From positions 128,001 to 192,000 of the forward strand of contig JBBILD010000005.1 of assembly GCA_037445065.1 (NCBI GenBank): DNA of 64,000 nucleotides, in the 5' to 3' direction. The notes below the pieces were generated by a model. That model saw only the letters and a program-made list of their open reading frames with translations, was not told the DNA's origin and made no database searches. The DNA comes from Myxococcales bacterium (GTDB taxonomy: Bacteria > Desulfobacterota > Binatia > HRBIN30). How positions within the stretch are numbered: the first letter of the stretch is position 1; the number at the start of each line of letters is the position of its first letter. Positions 30,528-41,300 of the stretch are shown one piece after another. A program made the translations under genes and the position numbers.

Positions 30528-31139
30528 TTACAGCAAGTCCTTCAATTTGTTTTGCAGCTTCTTGCGCGCGTAATGCAGCCGGCTCATCACGGTTCCCTTC
30601 GAGCACTGCATTACGCGACTGATTTCTTCGTACGAGAGTCCTTCCACTTCCCGCAGCAGTATGACGGCCCTGTGATCAGGCGTCAACTCAGCGATGGCTT
30701 GCGCCACGCGCGCGCCAATCTCATGCGCTTGTGCCATGCGCACCGGATCGGTGCGCTCCTCTTCGTCTTTAAGGAAGTCGTCGTAAGGCTGGTCAGAGTC
30801 CGCGTACCCGAATTCTTCCTCCAGCCCTGTTGTCGGGTTGCGCCGGCGGTGCCGGCGGAAATCAATGGCGCGATTGACCGCGATCCGGAACAGCCACGTG
30901 TAAAAGGAGGACTCGCCCTTAAATCCGGAAAGATTCTCGTACGCCTTGACGAAAGTGTCTTGAACGATTTCCAACGCGTCTTCGCTATTACCGACCATGC
31001 CGACCACAATCGTCATGACTTTTCTCTGATACCGCTCGAACAACTCGCGAAAGGCCTCGCGGCTTCCGGCCCGAGCCTCCTCGACCAACCGCTCGTCGCT
31101 TTTTTCCACAATGGCACCCGCTGAATGACGTTCTGCCAA
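30528..31139 (-). CDS. ECF sigma-70 factor (RpoE-like)
   Basis: FKGESSFYTWLFRIAVN; LREVEGLSYEEIS..MQCSKGTVMSRLHYAR. Confidence 0.95.
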   Translation of the reverse strand: MAERHSAGAIVEKSDERLVEEARAGSREAFRELFERYQRKVMTIVVGMVGNSEDALEIVQDTFVKAYENLSGFKGESSFYTWLFRIAVNRAIDFRRHRRRNPTTGLEEEFGYADSDQPYDDFLKDEEERTDPVRMAQAHEIGARVAQAIAELTPDHRAVILLREVEGLSYEEISRVMQCSKGTVMSRLHYARKKLQNKLKDLL

Positions 31140-31173
31140 GCCCCTCTATTCACTTGGCCCGAGCTTTGCGTTC

Positions 31174-33771
31174 TCAGGGATGAGCTTCGAGCCAGTTCCG
31201 GCCCACTCCTACATCGGCAACGATCGGTACCCGCAGTACAAGGGCCGCTTCCATCGCCGCCTTCACGACCTCCCCGAGCTGCGTTGCCTGCCCCTCCTCC
31301 ACCTCGAAGACAAGTTCATCGTGGACCTGTAAGAGCATGTGTGCTCGAAAACGGTTGCGCCGCAAGTCGCCGTCAATACGCACCATGGCGAGCTTGATGA
31401 GATCCGCGGCGGATCCCTGGATAGGAGTGTTCATCGCAATGCGTTCCGCGGCTTGCGCCGTGGCCCGGTCCGCACTACGCAGCCCCGGTACCGACCGTCG
31501 CCGCCCGAGAATGGTGGTCACGTATCCGCGCTCGCGCGCTTGCGAGAGGCTCCTCTCAATGTAGTCCCTGACCCCTGCATATCGTTTGAAGTAGTTCTCG
31601 ATGTAGCGTTGAGCTTCTGCCACCGGCACCCCAATTTGCCGCGCCAGCGACGCCGCTCCCATGCCGTACAAAATTCCAAAATTGATCATCTTCGCCACTC
31701 GGCGCATCTCGCGGCTCACCAACTCCGCGGCCACGCCGAACACTTCCGCCGCGGTCCGCGTGTGGATGTCCTCCTGCCGTGCGAAGGCTTCACAAAGCAC
31801 ACGGTCCTCGGAAAAGTGCGCCAGCAGGCGGAGCTCGATCTGGGAGTAATCCGCAACCAGAAGCCGCCACCCGGGGGGGGCGATGAAGCAAGCGCGGATC
31901 GCGCTTCCCTCTTCGCCACGCACGGGAATGTTCTGGAGATTTGGTTCACTCGAACTCAAACGGCCAGTCGCCGTCACGCACTGGTTCAAGGATGTATGCA
32001 GCCGCCCGGCGGGGTCGACCGCGGCAAGCAAACCGTCAACGTACGTTGATTTGAGCTTCGCCAACGTCCGGTATGCCAGGATTTTTCCCGGCACCGGGTG
32101 CACTTCAGCCAAGCGGGTCAAAACCTCCACGTCCGTGGAGAGACCGGTTTTGCCGCGCCGAATCCCGCGCGTGGGCAGCCGCAAGCGCTCGAACAACACT
32201 TCCCGCAGTTGTTGCGGCGAGGCCAAGTTGAACGAACTTCCAACCAGGCGGAAGATTTCCTGCGCAAGCTCCGCCATGCGCCGGTCCAGGTCTTCGCCCA
32301 TGGCAGCAAGGGCACCCACGTCCAGCAACACGCCGCGGGCTTCCATGCGCGCGAGCACCCCGGTCAGGGGCATTTCTACTTCACGGAAGAGCGCCGCCGT
32401 CTCGGTTTCCTCCAGGCGGCGCTGCAGCCGCTCTTGCAAGGCTCCCAGGTGACGCAGACCCACAGCCGTCGCTTCGACGCTGCTGCGATACGGTGGCAAA
32501 GAGACGCTGAGGCATGCCGCCGCCGTCTCCTCCAGGCGGCTTGGCACCGGAGCCTCGAGCAAGTAGGCAGCGACCATGGTGTCAAAGGCGGCGCTTGTGT
32601 CCAGAGCTTCCGCACCGGCAAGGCGTAGGTCCGCTTTGAGATCGTGGGCCACAATTTGGCCGCCGCTCTGCCGGTGCACTTGGCTGAGCACCTCTGCCGG
32701 CGCCTCTATGGTCTCGTGAATCACTAGTGGCTCTGTGCCGGCGGCACAGACCACGCTGCTCCGGCCACCCGCATCGTTGCTGACGACAGCCGCGCACAAA
32801 CGTTGCCCGAATGGGAGGTTTTGCAGGTACGCCGCAAGCGAGTGTTTGGAATCTGCCGTCGCCACTTCGTGCACAACCTCGACTGGCGCCTCCGGCAACT
32901 CGCGCAGCAGAGAGTCGAACCCCAGGCGCGCAAACAACGAGCGCAAGCGCGGCAAGTCCGGGCCCGCGTAGAGAAGGTCTTGGAGGCGAAGTTCGATGGG
33001 AAGGTCGGTGCGGATCCGGGCCAAGCGTTTGCTCAGGGCGAGTGCCTCGCGTCCCTGCTCGAGCTCCTGGGCAAGTTTGGTAGCGCCGCGGAGTTCGCGC
33101 CAGCCGGCAACCTCAGAGAGGTGTTCGAGGATCCCTTCGACCGAGCCAAAGCGCTGCAGGAGGCGGCGCGCGGTCACATCTCCGATACCGCGGATGCCCG
33201 GGATATTGTCCACCGGGTCCCCCACGAGCGCGATGTAATCCACTACCTGCGCAGGCTCGATTCCGAGTTTTTCGCGTACCGCTGCCTCGTCGTACCACCG
33301 CCCGGCCACGGGATCCCATACTCGCACACCGGCACGCACCACCTGCAACAAATCCTTGTCCCCACTCACCACGACAACTTGGCAACCTTGCTCACAAAAG
33401 CGCGCGGCGAGGGTGCCGATCACATCGTCTGCCTCAACGCCCACCTCCAAGACCACGCGCAGACCAAGCGCTCGGCTCACTTCCTGTACCAACGGAACCT
33501 GCACACTCAGCTCGTCCGGCATCGGCGGCCGGTTGGCTTTGTAATCGGCGAACAGGTCGTCGCGAAAGGTCCGCCCCGGCGCGTCGAACACCGCACCGCC
33601 ATAAGAGAGCTTGGTGTCGCGCAGGAACTTGATCATCATGCGCGCGTAACCGAACACCGCGTGCACCGGGGTGCCGTCCGGCGCCGTGAGCACCGGCAGT
33701 GCGTGAAATGCCCGGTACACATAGGAACTGGCATCAATGAGGTAGACAGGTTCCTCCCCAGCAGCTTGCAT
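31174..33771 (-). CDS. polA: DNA polymerase I
   Basis: YLIDASSYVYRAFHA, EADDVIGTLA, DNIPGIRGIG, TATGRLSSSEPNLQNIP, ADYSQIELR, AKMINFGILYG, LLQVHDELVFE. Confidence 0.97.
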   Translation of the reverse strand: MQAAGEEPVYLIDASSYVYRAFHALPVLTAPDGTPVHAVFGYARMMIKFLRDTKLSYGGAVFDAPGRTFRDDLFADYKANRPPMPDELSVQVPLVQEVSRALGLRVVLEVGVEADDVIGTLAARFCEQGCQVVVVSGDKDLLQVVRAGVRVWDPVAGRWYDEAAVREKLGIEPAQVVDYIALVGDPVDNIPGIRGIGDVTARRLLQRFGSVEGILEHLSEVAGWRELRGATKLAQELEQGREALALSKRLARIRTDLPIELRLQDLLYAGPDLPRLRSLFARLGFDSLLRELPEAPVEVVHEVATADSKHSLAAYLQNLPFGQRLCAAVVSNDAGGRSSVVCAAGTEPLVIHETIEAPAEVLSQVHRQSGGQIVAHDLKADLRLAGAEALDTSAAFDTMVAAYLLEAPVPSRLEETAAACLSVSLPPYRSSVEATAVGLRHLGALQERLQRRLEETETAALFREVEMPLTGVLARMEARGVLLDVGALAAMGEDLDRRMAELAQEIFRLVGSSFNLASPQQLREVLFERLRLPTRGIRRGKTGLSTDVEVLTRLAEVHPVPGKILAYRTLAKLKSTYVDGLLAAVDPAGRLHTSLNQCVTATGRLSSSEPNLQNIPVRGEEGSAIRACFIAPPGWRLLVADYSQIELRLLAHFSEDRVLCEAFARQEDIHTRTAAEVFGVAAELVSREMRRVAKMINFGILYGMGAASLARQIGVPVAEAQRYIENYFKRYAGVRDYIERSLSQARERGYVTTILGRRRSVPGLRSADRATAQAAERIAMNTPIQGSAADLIKLAMVRIDGDLRRNRFRAHMLLQVHDELVFEVEEGQATQLGEVVKAAMEAALVLRVPIVADVGVGRNWLEAHP

Positions 33772-33981
33772 GCAGTGCACGCTAACAAACCTCGTCTCGA
33801 GATACAGGGCGCGGCGAGCCGCGCCCACCCGCGTTTCCGTGCCGGTCTGCGGACCGACTCCTTCCGCAAGGCAACTTGCGGCGGAGACTCCGCCGCGCCG
33901 CCACTGCGCTCGAGCTCTTCGAAACATCGAATCCAGAGTCTACGTATTGTTTCGGTTCGACACTGGCTTTACGGTCATTTT

Positions 33982-34770
33982 GTGCTCGAGGGGTACTTAC
34001 CGGCGAAAATCCTCGCCTACCTGTCCCTGGGTTGGGAACTCCACCTGCGTTGCGGCCTTGGCTCGGGCCAATGGTTCGAATACGCATTCCAAAATACCAT
34101 CCACGGGCGTGGAGTGTTTGGCCGCTGGCTCGACCGCCGCTTGCTAGAGTCGCCACATTGGCGCGGACTCCGAGCGGTCGCCAAGGAAGCCATGGCCTTT
34201 GCTCGCGGCTTGCTGTCCCACCGCCAGCGCCTCGGGCTCCCCACCCATATCCTCGATTTGTCCCCCGGCACCGCACCCTACCTGCGGGACTTGCTTCGCG
34301 GAGTTGGCAACAGCAAACTGGAGGCAATCTGCTTGCGGCGCGATCCACGGCTCCTTGCCTTCGGGCGCAGCTTGGCCTGCAAAGCGGGCCTTACGAACCT
34401 GTGGTTTCAAGCCGGGGACGCGCTCGATCCGCCGAGTTACTTGGGCCGCGCCCCGGACCTGATCCTGTGCCTGGACGCCGCCCCCGTCTGTGCGAGCCGC
34501 GACGAGCAGCGGTTGCTGCTCGAGCTGTGGCGGCAGCACCTGCGTCCTGGTGGAGCCTGTTTGATCGGGATCGTGCCCAGAGCTGACAGCACGCCCCACC
34601 GGCAGCAGCTCCGCCAATCGCCGTTCACGCTCCCTAGTACCTGGAGGGCAGCTCTCGAGGAGCAAGGGTTCTCTGGGGTGGCGGACAAGCGCGTGCTGCC
34701 TTTCGCCGTGCTCCTCCAAGGCTGGCATCTCCTGGGCGAGCAAAGCCAGCCAGAGGGGACGGCTTGGTAG
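33982..34770 (+). CDS. Divergent class I SAM methyltransferase (YnbC C-terminal/Methyltransf_20-like)
   Basis: GLGSGQWFEYAFQN...GRWLDR..L..PHWRGLR and ILDLSPGTAPYL resemble the family pattern; FQAGDALD; start unclear. Confidence 0.55.
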   Translation: MLEGYLPAKILAYLSLGWELHLRCGLGSGQWFEYAFQNTIHGRGVFGRWLDRRLLESPHWRGLRAVAKEAMAFARGLLSHRQRLGLPTHILDLSPGTAPYLRDLLRGVGNSKLEAICLRRDPRLLAFGRSLACKAGLTNLWFQAGDALDPPSYLGRAPDLILCLDAAPVCASRDEQRLLLELWRQHLRPGGACLIGIVPRADSTPHRQQLRQSPFTLPSTWRAALEEQGFSGVADKRVLPFAVLLQGWHLLGEQSQPEGTAW

Positions 34771-34812
34771 CGCACCCCGTGCAACCCTCGACCGTGAAAC
34801 CGTATTCCCACC

Positions 34813-35805
34813 TCAGAAAGTGTTCGAACGTTTCCACACGCGCAGCACAGCGGTAAAGTCTGCCGCTTGGGCGACGCCGCTCACGTTATCAATCGCTCCG
34901 AGCTGCACACCAAAGCTCGCGCTCTGCCAGCTCAGCCCCAAGGCAAGTTCTACGACTGTCCCCTCCAGCACTCGAGTGCCTAACCCGTGAAACGGGCTCG
35001 TATACAGCTCCTGTTGCAGGTGGGCGGACAGCCCTCTCAGTAGAACCCACTCGAAGCCCACCGCTTGCTGAAAGATGGGGTCCAAGGTCAGCCGCGCTGC
35101 GGTGATCCGATCCAGCGGCTGCACGCCCGAGATGTTCGAGTACACCCATAGTTTTTCCCCCAACGGCAGCTCCACGGCAGCGCCCAGCCCCAAGTCTGGG
35201 TTGCCGCTGCCCCAGACCGCGGCAGTTCTGCCGGTCGGAAACTTGACCGCACCGCGCAGGGCCAAGGCGACACCGTGCGGCCCATCCCACGCCTGCCACT
35301 GGCAGCGAAGATGGGTGTCCATCACCTCCCACACTTGGCGAGGCCCCTGGAACAGCGTGAGGTCGCCTCGGCGAACCCGAAAGCCCCCAAAGCTGTTGTT
35401 CGGGAACAGTTTCCGTTCCGGGTTGAACGCGCCGAACGCTTCCTCAGTGCTGTCAATCAAAGGATCGAGAAAACCACCAAAACGAGAGCCGAAGGGGAGT
35501 TCGAACAGGCACTGCGTCCGATGCGCCAACCCCAGCCCCGCCGTCAGCGCGACTCGGTTTTGCTCGAACTTGAGCAGGGCATCCACGCGGCCGCTATCAG
35601 TGGCGATCACATTGCTGTGGGCCGTGTCTAGTGCCACCAGGCTCTCACCACGGGCGAGAACGCGCGCGCGTTCGAACGGCAAGTTGAGGAACAGTTGCTG
35701 CACCGGTTGGAAATTCCGCAAGGGCAACGGGCCGCTCGGCCTCGCCTCCGCACCCGCACCAGCGGCCCATACCAGCAGCAAGAGAAGTTGTATATAAGCG
35801 CGCAC
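34813..35805 (-). CDS. DUF3187-like outer membrane beta-barrel protein
   Basis: Signal peptide; GPLPLRNFQP...LFL, GGFLDPLID, VKFPTG...GSGNPD; terminal Phe. Confidence 0.7.
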   Translation of the reverse strand: MRAYIQLLLLLVWAAGAGAEARPSGPLPLRNFQPVQQLFLNLPFERARVLARGESLVALDTAHSNVIATDSGRVDALLKFEQNRVALTAGLGLAHRTQCLFELPFGSRFGGFLDPLIDSTEEAFGAFNPERKLFPNNSFGGFRVRRGDLTLFQGPRQVWEVMDTHLRCQWQAWDGPHGVALALRGAVKFPTGRTAAVWGSGNPDLGLGAAVELPLGEKLWVYSNISGVQPLDRITAARLTLDPIFQQAVGFEWVLLRGLSAHLQQELYTSPFHGLGTRVLEGTVVELALGLSWQSASFGVQLGAIDNVSGVAQAADFTAVLRVWKRSNTF

Positions 35806-35920
35806 GCCCGTGTCTCGTACGCCAATGCCGCATGCAATCACAAGGGAACCCGCCCCGCGGGTTCGCTTTCCGGCCGCTGGGCCGCGTTCGCGGGCGCTTC
35901 AGAGCGCGTGTGCAGGCAGC

Positions 35921-37171
35921 GTGCTCTTGGAGCTGTGTTTGCACCTCTCATGGCTCCTCTTTTCGAGCCCGCTCTCGGCGCTCACGCTTCCCGAGGTTCT
36001 CGCGCAGGTCCAATCCCAACACCCTGCACTCGCCGCGGCAAATGCTCGCATCGAGGCAGCCCGCGCTGCTTGGGTGCAGGCCGGTCGCTGGCGAAACCCG
36101 GAACTGGAACTGCGCGCGGAGAATCTCCGTACGTCGCCACCGCTGAGTCGCGCGCAGCCCTCGCTCGACTTCTTCGCCACCCTGACGCAGGTTCTCGAAG
36201 TTGCCGGCAAGCCCGGTCTGCGGCGCATCGTCGCAGCAGCAGAACAAGAGCAAGCGGAGGCGAATCACGCCCGCGTGAAACTGGATCTCGCTCTGGCGGC
36301 GCTTGGCGTGTACTTCACCGCGCTGCGCAGCCACCTGGAAGCCGCCACGTTAGCGCGCACCCATGAGCAGCTACGGCGCCTTGCCCAACTAGCCGAGCGG
36401 CGTGTTCTCGAGGGGCGTTCCCCTGCGGCCGAGGCCGCCAAACTCGGCGCCGAACTCGCTCGCTTTAACGAGCGGCGCAGCGAGCTGGCGCTCGATGAGG
36501 AACGAGCCCTCGAGGGCCTGCAACTGCTGCTCGGGCGAGGCGAACGCGTGCGTGGGGACGAACTCCGCGAACCTCCCCTACCCTTGCCCCCCGAAGGAGA
36601 ACTCGAGCCACTCATCGCCCGCGCCCTCCAGCAACACCCGGACTACAAGCTGGCCATGGCAAACTGTGCGCGCACGCGGGGGCAGCTCGCCTTGGAGCGC
36701 GCCAAACAAGTGCCCGACCCAGCCCTCACCGCGGGCTACAAGCGCACGGAGTCCACCGATACTTGGGTCGGGGGTCTCACCATTCCTCTCCCCCTGCTCG
36801 ATACCAATCGAGCCAATGTGGAGCGCGCAATCGCCGAGCACCAGGCAGCCGAGGCGGCGCTGTCGGCCCTGGAACGGGAACTGCGCAGTAGCATCACGGG
36901 CGTATTGCTGAGCGCTCGCGCATTGCACGATCGCGCCCAGCGATTGCCAGCCCAGTTGCTCGAGCCGGCCAAGGCCGCTCTGACCGCCGCTCGCGCCGCC
37001 TTTACAGAAGGCACCGGTGACCTACTGGCGCTGGTAGACGCCGAGAGAGTGGCAGCCGAAGCGGAAAGAACCCTCGTGCAGACACGCACGGAAGCGGCCG
37101 CGGCTCTCTACACTTGGGCCATTCTCGCCGGCGAGCCCATCGCCCCACTAGCAAAGGAGAGAGAACCGTGA
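35921..37171 (+). CDS. TolC/CzcC family outer membrane efflux protein
   Basis: LTLPEVL...HPAL, NPEL, VPDPALTAG...GLTIPLPLLDTNR; start uncertain. Confidence 0.88.
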   Translation: MLLELCLHLSWLLFSSPLSALTLPEVLAQVQSQHPALAAANARIEAARAAWVQAGRWRNPELELRAENLRTSPPLSRAQPSLDFFATLTQVLEVAGKPGLRRIVAAAEQEQAEANHARVKLDLALAALGVYFTALRSHLEAATLARTHEQLRRLAQLAERRVLEGRSPAAEAAKLGAELARFNERRSELALDEERALEGLQLLLGRGERVRGDELREPPLPLPPEGELEPLIARALQQHPDYKLAMANCARTRGQLALERAKQVPDPALTAGYKRTESTDTWVGGLTIPLPLLDTNRANVERAIAEHQAAEAALSALERELRSSITGVLLSARALHDRAQRLPAQLLEPAKAALTAARAAFTEGTGDLLALVDAERVAAEAERTLVQTRTEAAAALYTWAILAGEPIAPLAKEREP

Positions 37172-38373
37172 AGTCGGCGCTTGCCGCGCGCCTGCCGCAG
37201 CGCTGCCTGGCGCTGCTTCTGCTTGCGGGGGCCATGGTACTGCTCGGCTGCCTCCGCTCGGAAACCCAGCAGAGCACCGCCGGCCGCAGTTCGGATACCA
37301 TCTACGTCCCGAAAGAAATCCGCGAGCAACTAGGTCTCGAGTTGGTCGCCGTGCAGCGGACGCTCATTGGGAGTCTGGCCCGAGCGCCCGGCACCTTGGA
37401 ACTCAATGAGAACCGCACGGCAAGAGTTGGTGCCTTCGTTGACGGCAAAGTGGCGGCCGTTCTGACCGACGTGGGGGATCGCGTGCGGCCGGGCCAACCC
37501 CTCGCTTACTTGTTCAGCCCGGCCTGGCAGCAGGCCCGTGCAGAACTGCGCAAAGCCGAGGCAGCCGCGGCGGCAGCCCGCCAGGAAGTGTCCTACGCAA
37601 CCCAAGTATTGGCTCGGGCGCAGCGCTTGTTCCACGCTGGTGCGGTATCGCGCCAGGAAGTCGAGAAGGCAGCACTCGACCGCTTCGTTGCGCAGCAGAA
37701 CCTCGCCGCTGCCCGGGCCGAGCTCGCGCGTGCTAGGCAACAGGTACGCCAGCTCTCTGGGGCAGGCCCAGCCGTTCAGGAAGATGCTGACTGGCTGGTC
37801 GTTGCCAGCCCGCAAGCAGGAGTCGTGATCGAGCGCCATGTAAACCTAGGCTCATCTGTGACTACCGGAGCCCTCCTATTTGTGGTCAGCGACCTCACCG
37901 AACTCTGGCTGGTCGCCGAAATCCCGGAGGCGGAACTGGCGCGCTTCCAGGGTGGCTCCACCGTGACCTTTCGGGTGGCCGCCTATCCGGATGAACAATT
38001 CACGGCACAAATCGAGCGCATTGGGGACACGCTCGATCCGCACACGCGCCGTGCACGTGTGCGCTGTAAGGTGCCGAATCCTGATTTCCGGCTCAAGCCC
38101 CACATGTTCGCCACGCTCGAGCTAGGTCGGGCGGAGCAACGAGAGGCAACCGTGGTGCCCGACTCCGCAGTGCAAGAGGTGGAAGGCGTCTCGGTCGTAT
38201 TCGTGGCGGAGGGCGCCGATCGGTTTCGCCGACAACCGGTCGAAGTCGGCCAGACCCACAACGGCCTCACCGAAATTCGCAGCGGGCTGGAACCCGGGGA
38301 AACCGTGGTCGGCAACGGTAGCTTCCTTCTCAAGTCCGGGCTGGTGCTGCAGGCGAACCCTGAGGACCACTAA
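37168..38373 (+). CDS. RND periplasmic adaptor (CzcB-like)
   Basis: VGDRVRPGQPL, SPQAGVVIER, DLTELW, LDPHTR, LKPHMF, GLEPGETVV..GSFLL. Confidence 0.93.
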   Translation: MKSALAARLPQRCLALLLLAGAMVLLGCLRSETQQSTAGRSSDTIYVPKEIREQLGLELVAVQRTLIGSLARAPGTLELNENRTARVGAFVDGKVAAVLTDVGDRVRPGQPLAYLFSPAWQQARAELRKAEAAAAAARQEVSYATQVLARAQRLFHAGAVSRQEVEKAALDRFVAQQNLAAARAELARARQQVRQLSGAGPAVQEDADWLVVASPQAGVVIERHVNLGSSVTTGALLFVVSDLTELWLVAEIPEAELARFQGGSTVTFRVAAYPDEQFTAQIERIGDTLDPHTRRARVRCKVPNPDFRLKPHMFATLELGRAEQREATVVPDSAVQEVEGVSVVFVAEGADRFRRQPVEVGQTHNGLTEIRSGLEPGETVVGNGSFLLKSGLVLQANPEDH

Positions 38374-41300
38374 TGGGTTGGCTCGAACGGCTGGTGGCCC
38401 GCACGTTCGATCATCCAGCATTGGTCTGGGGCGCGGTCCTGGCATTGATTGCCTTTGGGCTGGTTTCTTGGCGGGGTTTGAGTGTCGAGGCGTTTCCAGA
38501 CCTCACCAACCAGCAGGTCGTTATCGCCACAGAAGCCCCTGGCTTAGCTGCCGACGATGTGGCGCAGTGGATCACCTTCCCGATCGAGGCCGCAGTCATG
38601 GGAATCCCGGGTACGGAGCAGGTTCGCTCGACCTCGAAATTCGGCCTGTCCCTCGTGACGGTGGTCTTCGAGGACCGTGTCCCGATCTACTTCGCTCGGC
38701 AACAAGTTGCGGAGCGCTTGAACGAGGTGCGTGGCCGGCTCCCCGCCGGCTTCTCGCCCACCCTGGGGCCTGTCGCCACTCCCTTTGGCGAGGTTTATCA
38801 GTACTTGGTCGAGGGTCCCCTGGACCCGATGGCCCGGAAGACCCTGCAAGACTGGGACGTCCGGCTGCGCCTACGCAGTGTTGCCGGGGTCAGCGAAGTC
38901 AACTCTTGGGGTGGCTTTAGCCAGTGCTTGGAGGTCACGGTGGATCCCCGCCGCCTCGAAGCTTTCCAGCTTCCCTTCGATGCTGTACTGGCGGCAGTCC
39001 GCAACAACAATGCCGCTTTCGGGGGCGGCTTCCTCGAACATCGTGCCGAACGCCTCACCTTGCGCGGACGCGGTATGCTGCACGGCCTCAAAGATCTCGA
39101 GCAAGTCGTCCTACACAGCCACGCCGGTGTTCCCATTTTGCTGGGCGACGTAGCTGAGATTCGCACTGGGGCCATGCCGCGCCATGGGGCGGTGACGCGC
39201 GATGGCCAAGGCGAGACCGTCTCAGGCATGGTCATCCTGCTCAAAGGAGAGAACGCTGCCGCCGCCACCCAACGGGTCAAGAAACGGGTGGCGGAGATCA
39301 ACGCTACCCTGCCCTCCGGCGTCCGAATCGAGCCGTTTTACGACCAATCGGAGATCATCCAACGTACCAGCGCGACGGTGCGCAAGAACCTGCTCGAAGG
39401 ATGTGCGCTCGTCGTGCTGGTGCTGGTGGTCTTCCTGCGCGACTGGCGCGCCGCTCTGCTGGTCGCTTCCGTGATTCCTCTGGCGCTGCTGTGCGGCTTT
39501 TCCAGTATGTTCCTCTTCGGCATTTCGGCCAACTTGATGTCGCTCGGCGCCATTGACTTCGGGTTGATCGTGGATGGCGCTGTGGTGATGACAGAGAATC
39601 TCGTGCGGCGGCGTACGCAACACCTCGGCGGTGAGTGGCGCGCGGTGTGCAGAGCGGCCGCTGCCGAGGTCGCGCGCCCGGTCACCTTTGGTGTGCTGAT
39701 TCTGTTTTCTGCCTACTTGCCGATCCTCACTTTGGAAGGAATCGCTGGAAAGTTGTATCGCCCGATGGCGCTTACCGTGTGCAGCGCCATCCTCGGAGCT
39801 CTCCTCTTGTCACTGACAGCGATTCCTGTCGCCGGCCAAAAGCTGCTGGCGCGCGCCTCGCTACAGGACCACGAGCGCGAGGCTGCCTGGTTCCTTTGGC
39901 TGCAAACGCGGTACGAGCGAATCCTTCACTGGGTGCTCGAGCACCGCCGCAGGGTGTGGGCTGTGGCCCTGGCGCTGGTCACAAGCGGGCTCGCCTCCCT
40001 TCCCTTTTTGGGCACCGATTTCATGCCCAAACTGGACGAAGGCTCGATCCTCATCCAGACACGTCTCATGCCGTCGGTGAGCCTGGAAGAATCGGTCCGC
40101 TTTTTTACCCGGGTGGAAAAAATCGTTCTTTCGTTCCCGGAGGTAAAGCGGGTGGTGAGCAAGATCGGGCGTCCGGACATCGCCACCGAAGCCATGGGTG
40201 TGTACGAAGGTGACATGTACGTTCTCCTCCAACCTGAAGAGAAGTGGCAGCGACGCAGTAAGGACGAGCTGCTGGACGCCCTCGCCGGGGCGCTGGCTAC
40301 GATCCCTGGCGCCTCGTTCAATTTTACTCAGCCGATGGCCATGCGCCTCGATGAAGTGATCTCAGGGATCAAGGGTGACGTAGCCGTGAAGATTTTTGGG
40401 CCCGACCCCAAGGAGCTGCAGCGCTTGGCTCAGGCCGTTGCCCAAGTGCTGGAACAAGTCCCCGGCGTGGCCGACCTACGCGCAGAGCTGATTTCCGGAG
40501 CGCGGGAACTCAGCATCGCGCTCGACCGCTCGGCGATGGCCCGCTTCGGCGTGAGCGTCGAGCAGGTGCGAGCCATCGTGGAGGCCGCCTCGGGGGGCAC
40601 TGTGGTGACCGAAGTTCTGGATGGCACCCGGCGCTTCCCGGTAGTGGTTCGTCTTCCGGCGGAGTACCGCAGGGAGCCGCAAGCCCTCGCACAGCTTCCC
40701 CTGCAAGCTCCCGGCGGCGAGCGCTTTTTGTTGGGACAAATCGCCCGGATCGAAACGTCGGAGGCTCCTGAGGCCGTTTATCGGGAAGACGGGCAGCGGC
40801 GGATTGTCGTGCAGGCGAACGTACGCGGGCGGGACCTCGGAAGCTTTGTTCAGGAGGCGCACGAACGTATTGCTCGCTCGGTTTCCCTGCCTCCCGGCTA
40901 CTACCTGCGCTGGGGCGGGCAGTTCGAGAACCAGGAGCGGGCCATGCGACGACTCGCAATCGTGGTACCGATCGCGCTCAGCGCAATTGCTTTGCTCCTC
41001 TACAACACGTTCGGTAACGTTCGCCACGCGCTGGTCGTGCTGGTCGGGATTCCGTTCGGCCTCATTGGCGGGATCGGTGCGCTCTGGGTGCGCGGCCTGC
41101 ATCTGAACCTCGCTGCCTCGGTCGGTTTCCTTGCTCTGTTTGGCGTTGCCGTACTGAACGGCGTGGTCCTGATCAGCGCCATCAACCGCTTGCGTGCAGC
41201 GGGCGACTCGCTCCGCCAGGCAACCACCCGCGGGGCGAGCCAGCGCCTGAAGCCGGTACTGATGACCGCGTTGGTGGCCGCCTTCGGCTTTCTTCCCATG

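Noticed and set aside
31170..31200. Autoregulatory sigma-E promoter (GGAACT...CTGA) at the polA end
   Set aside because: Weak -10 and spacing, and it lies within conserved polA codons.
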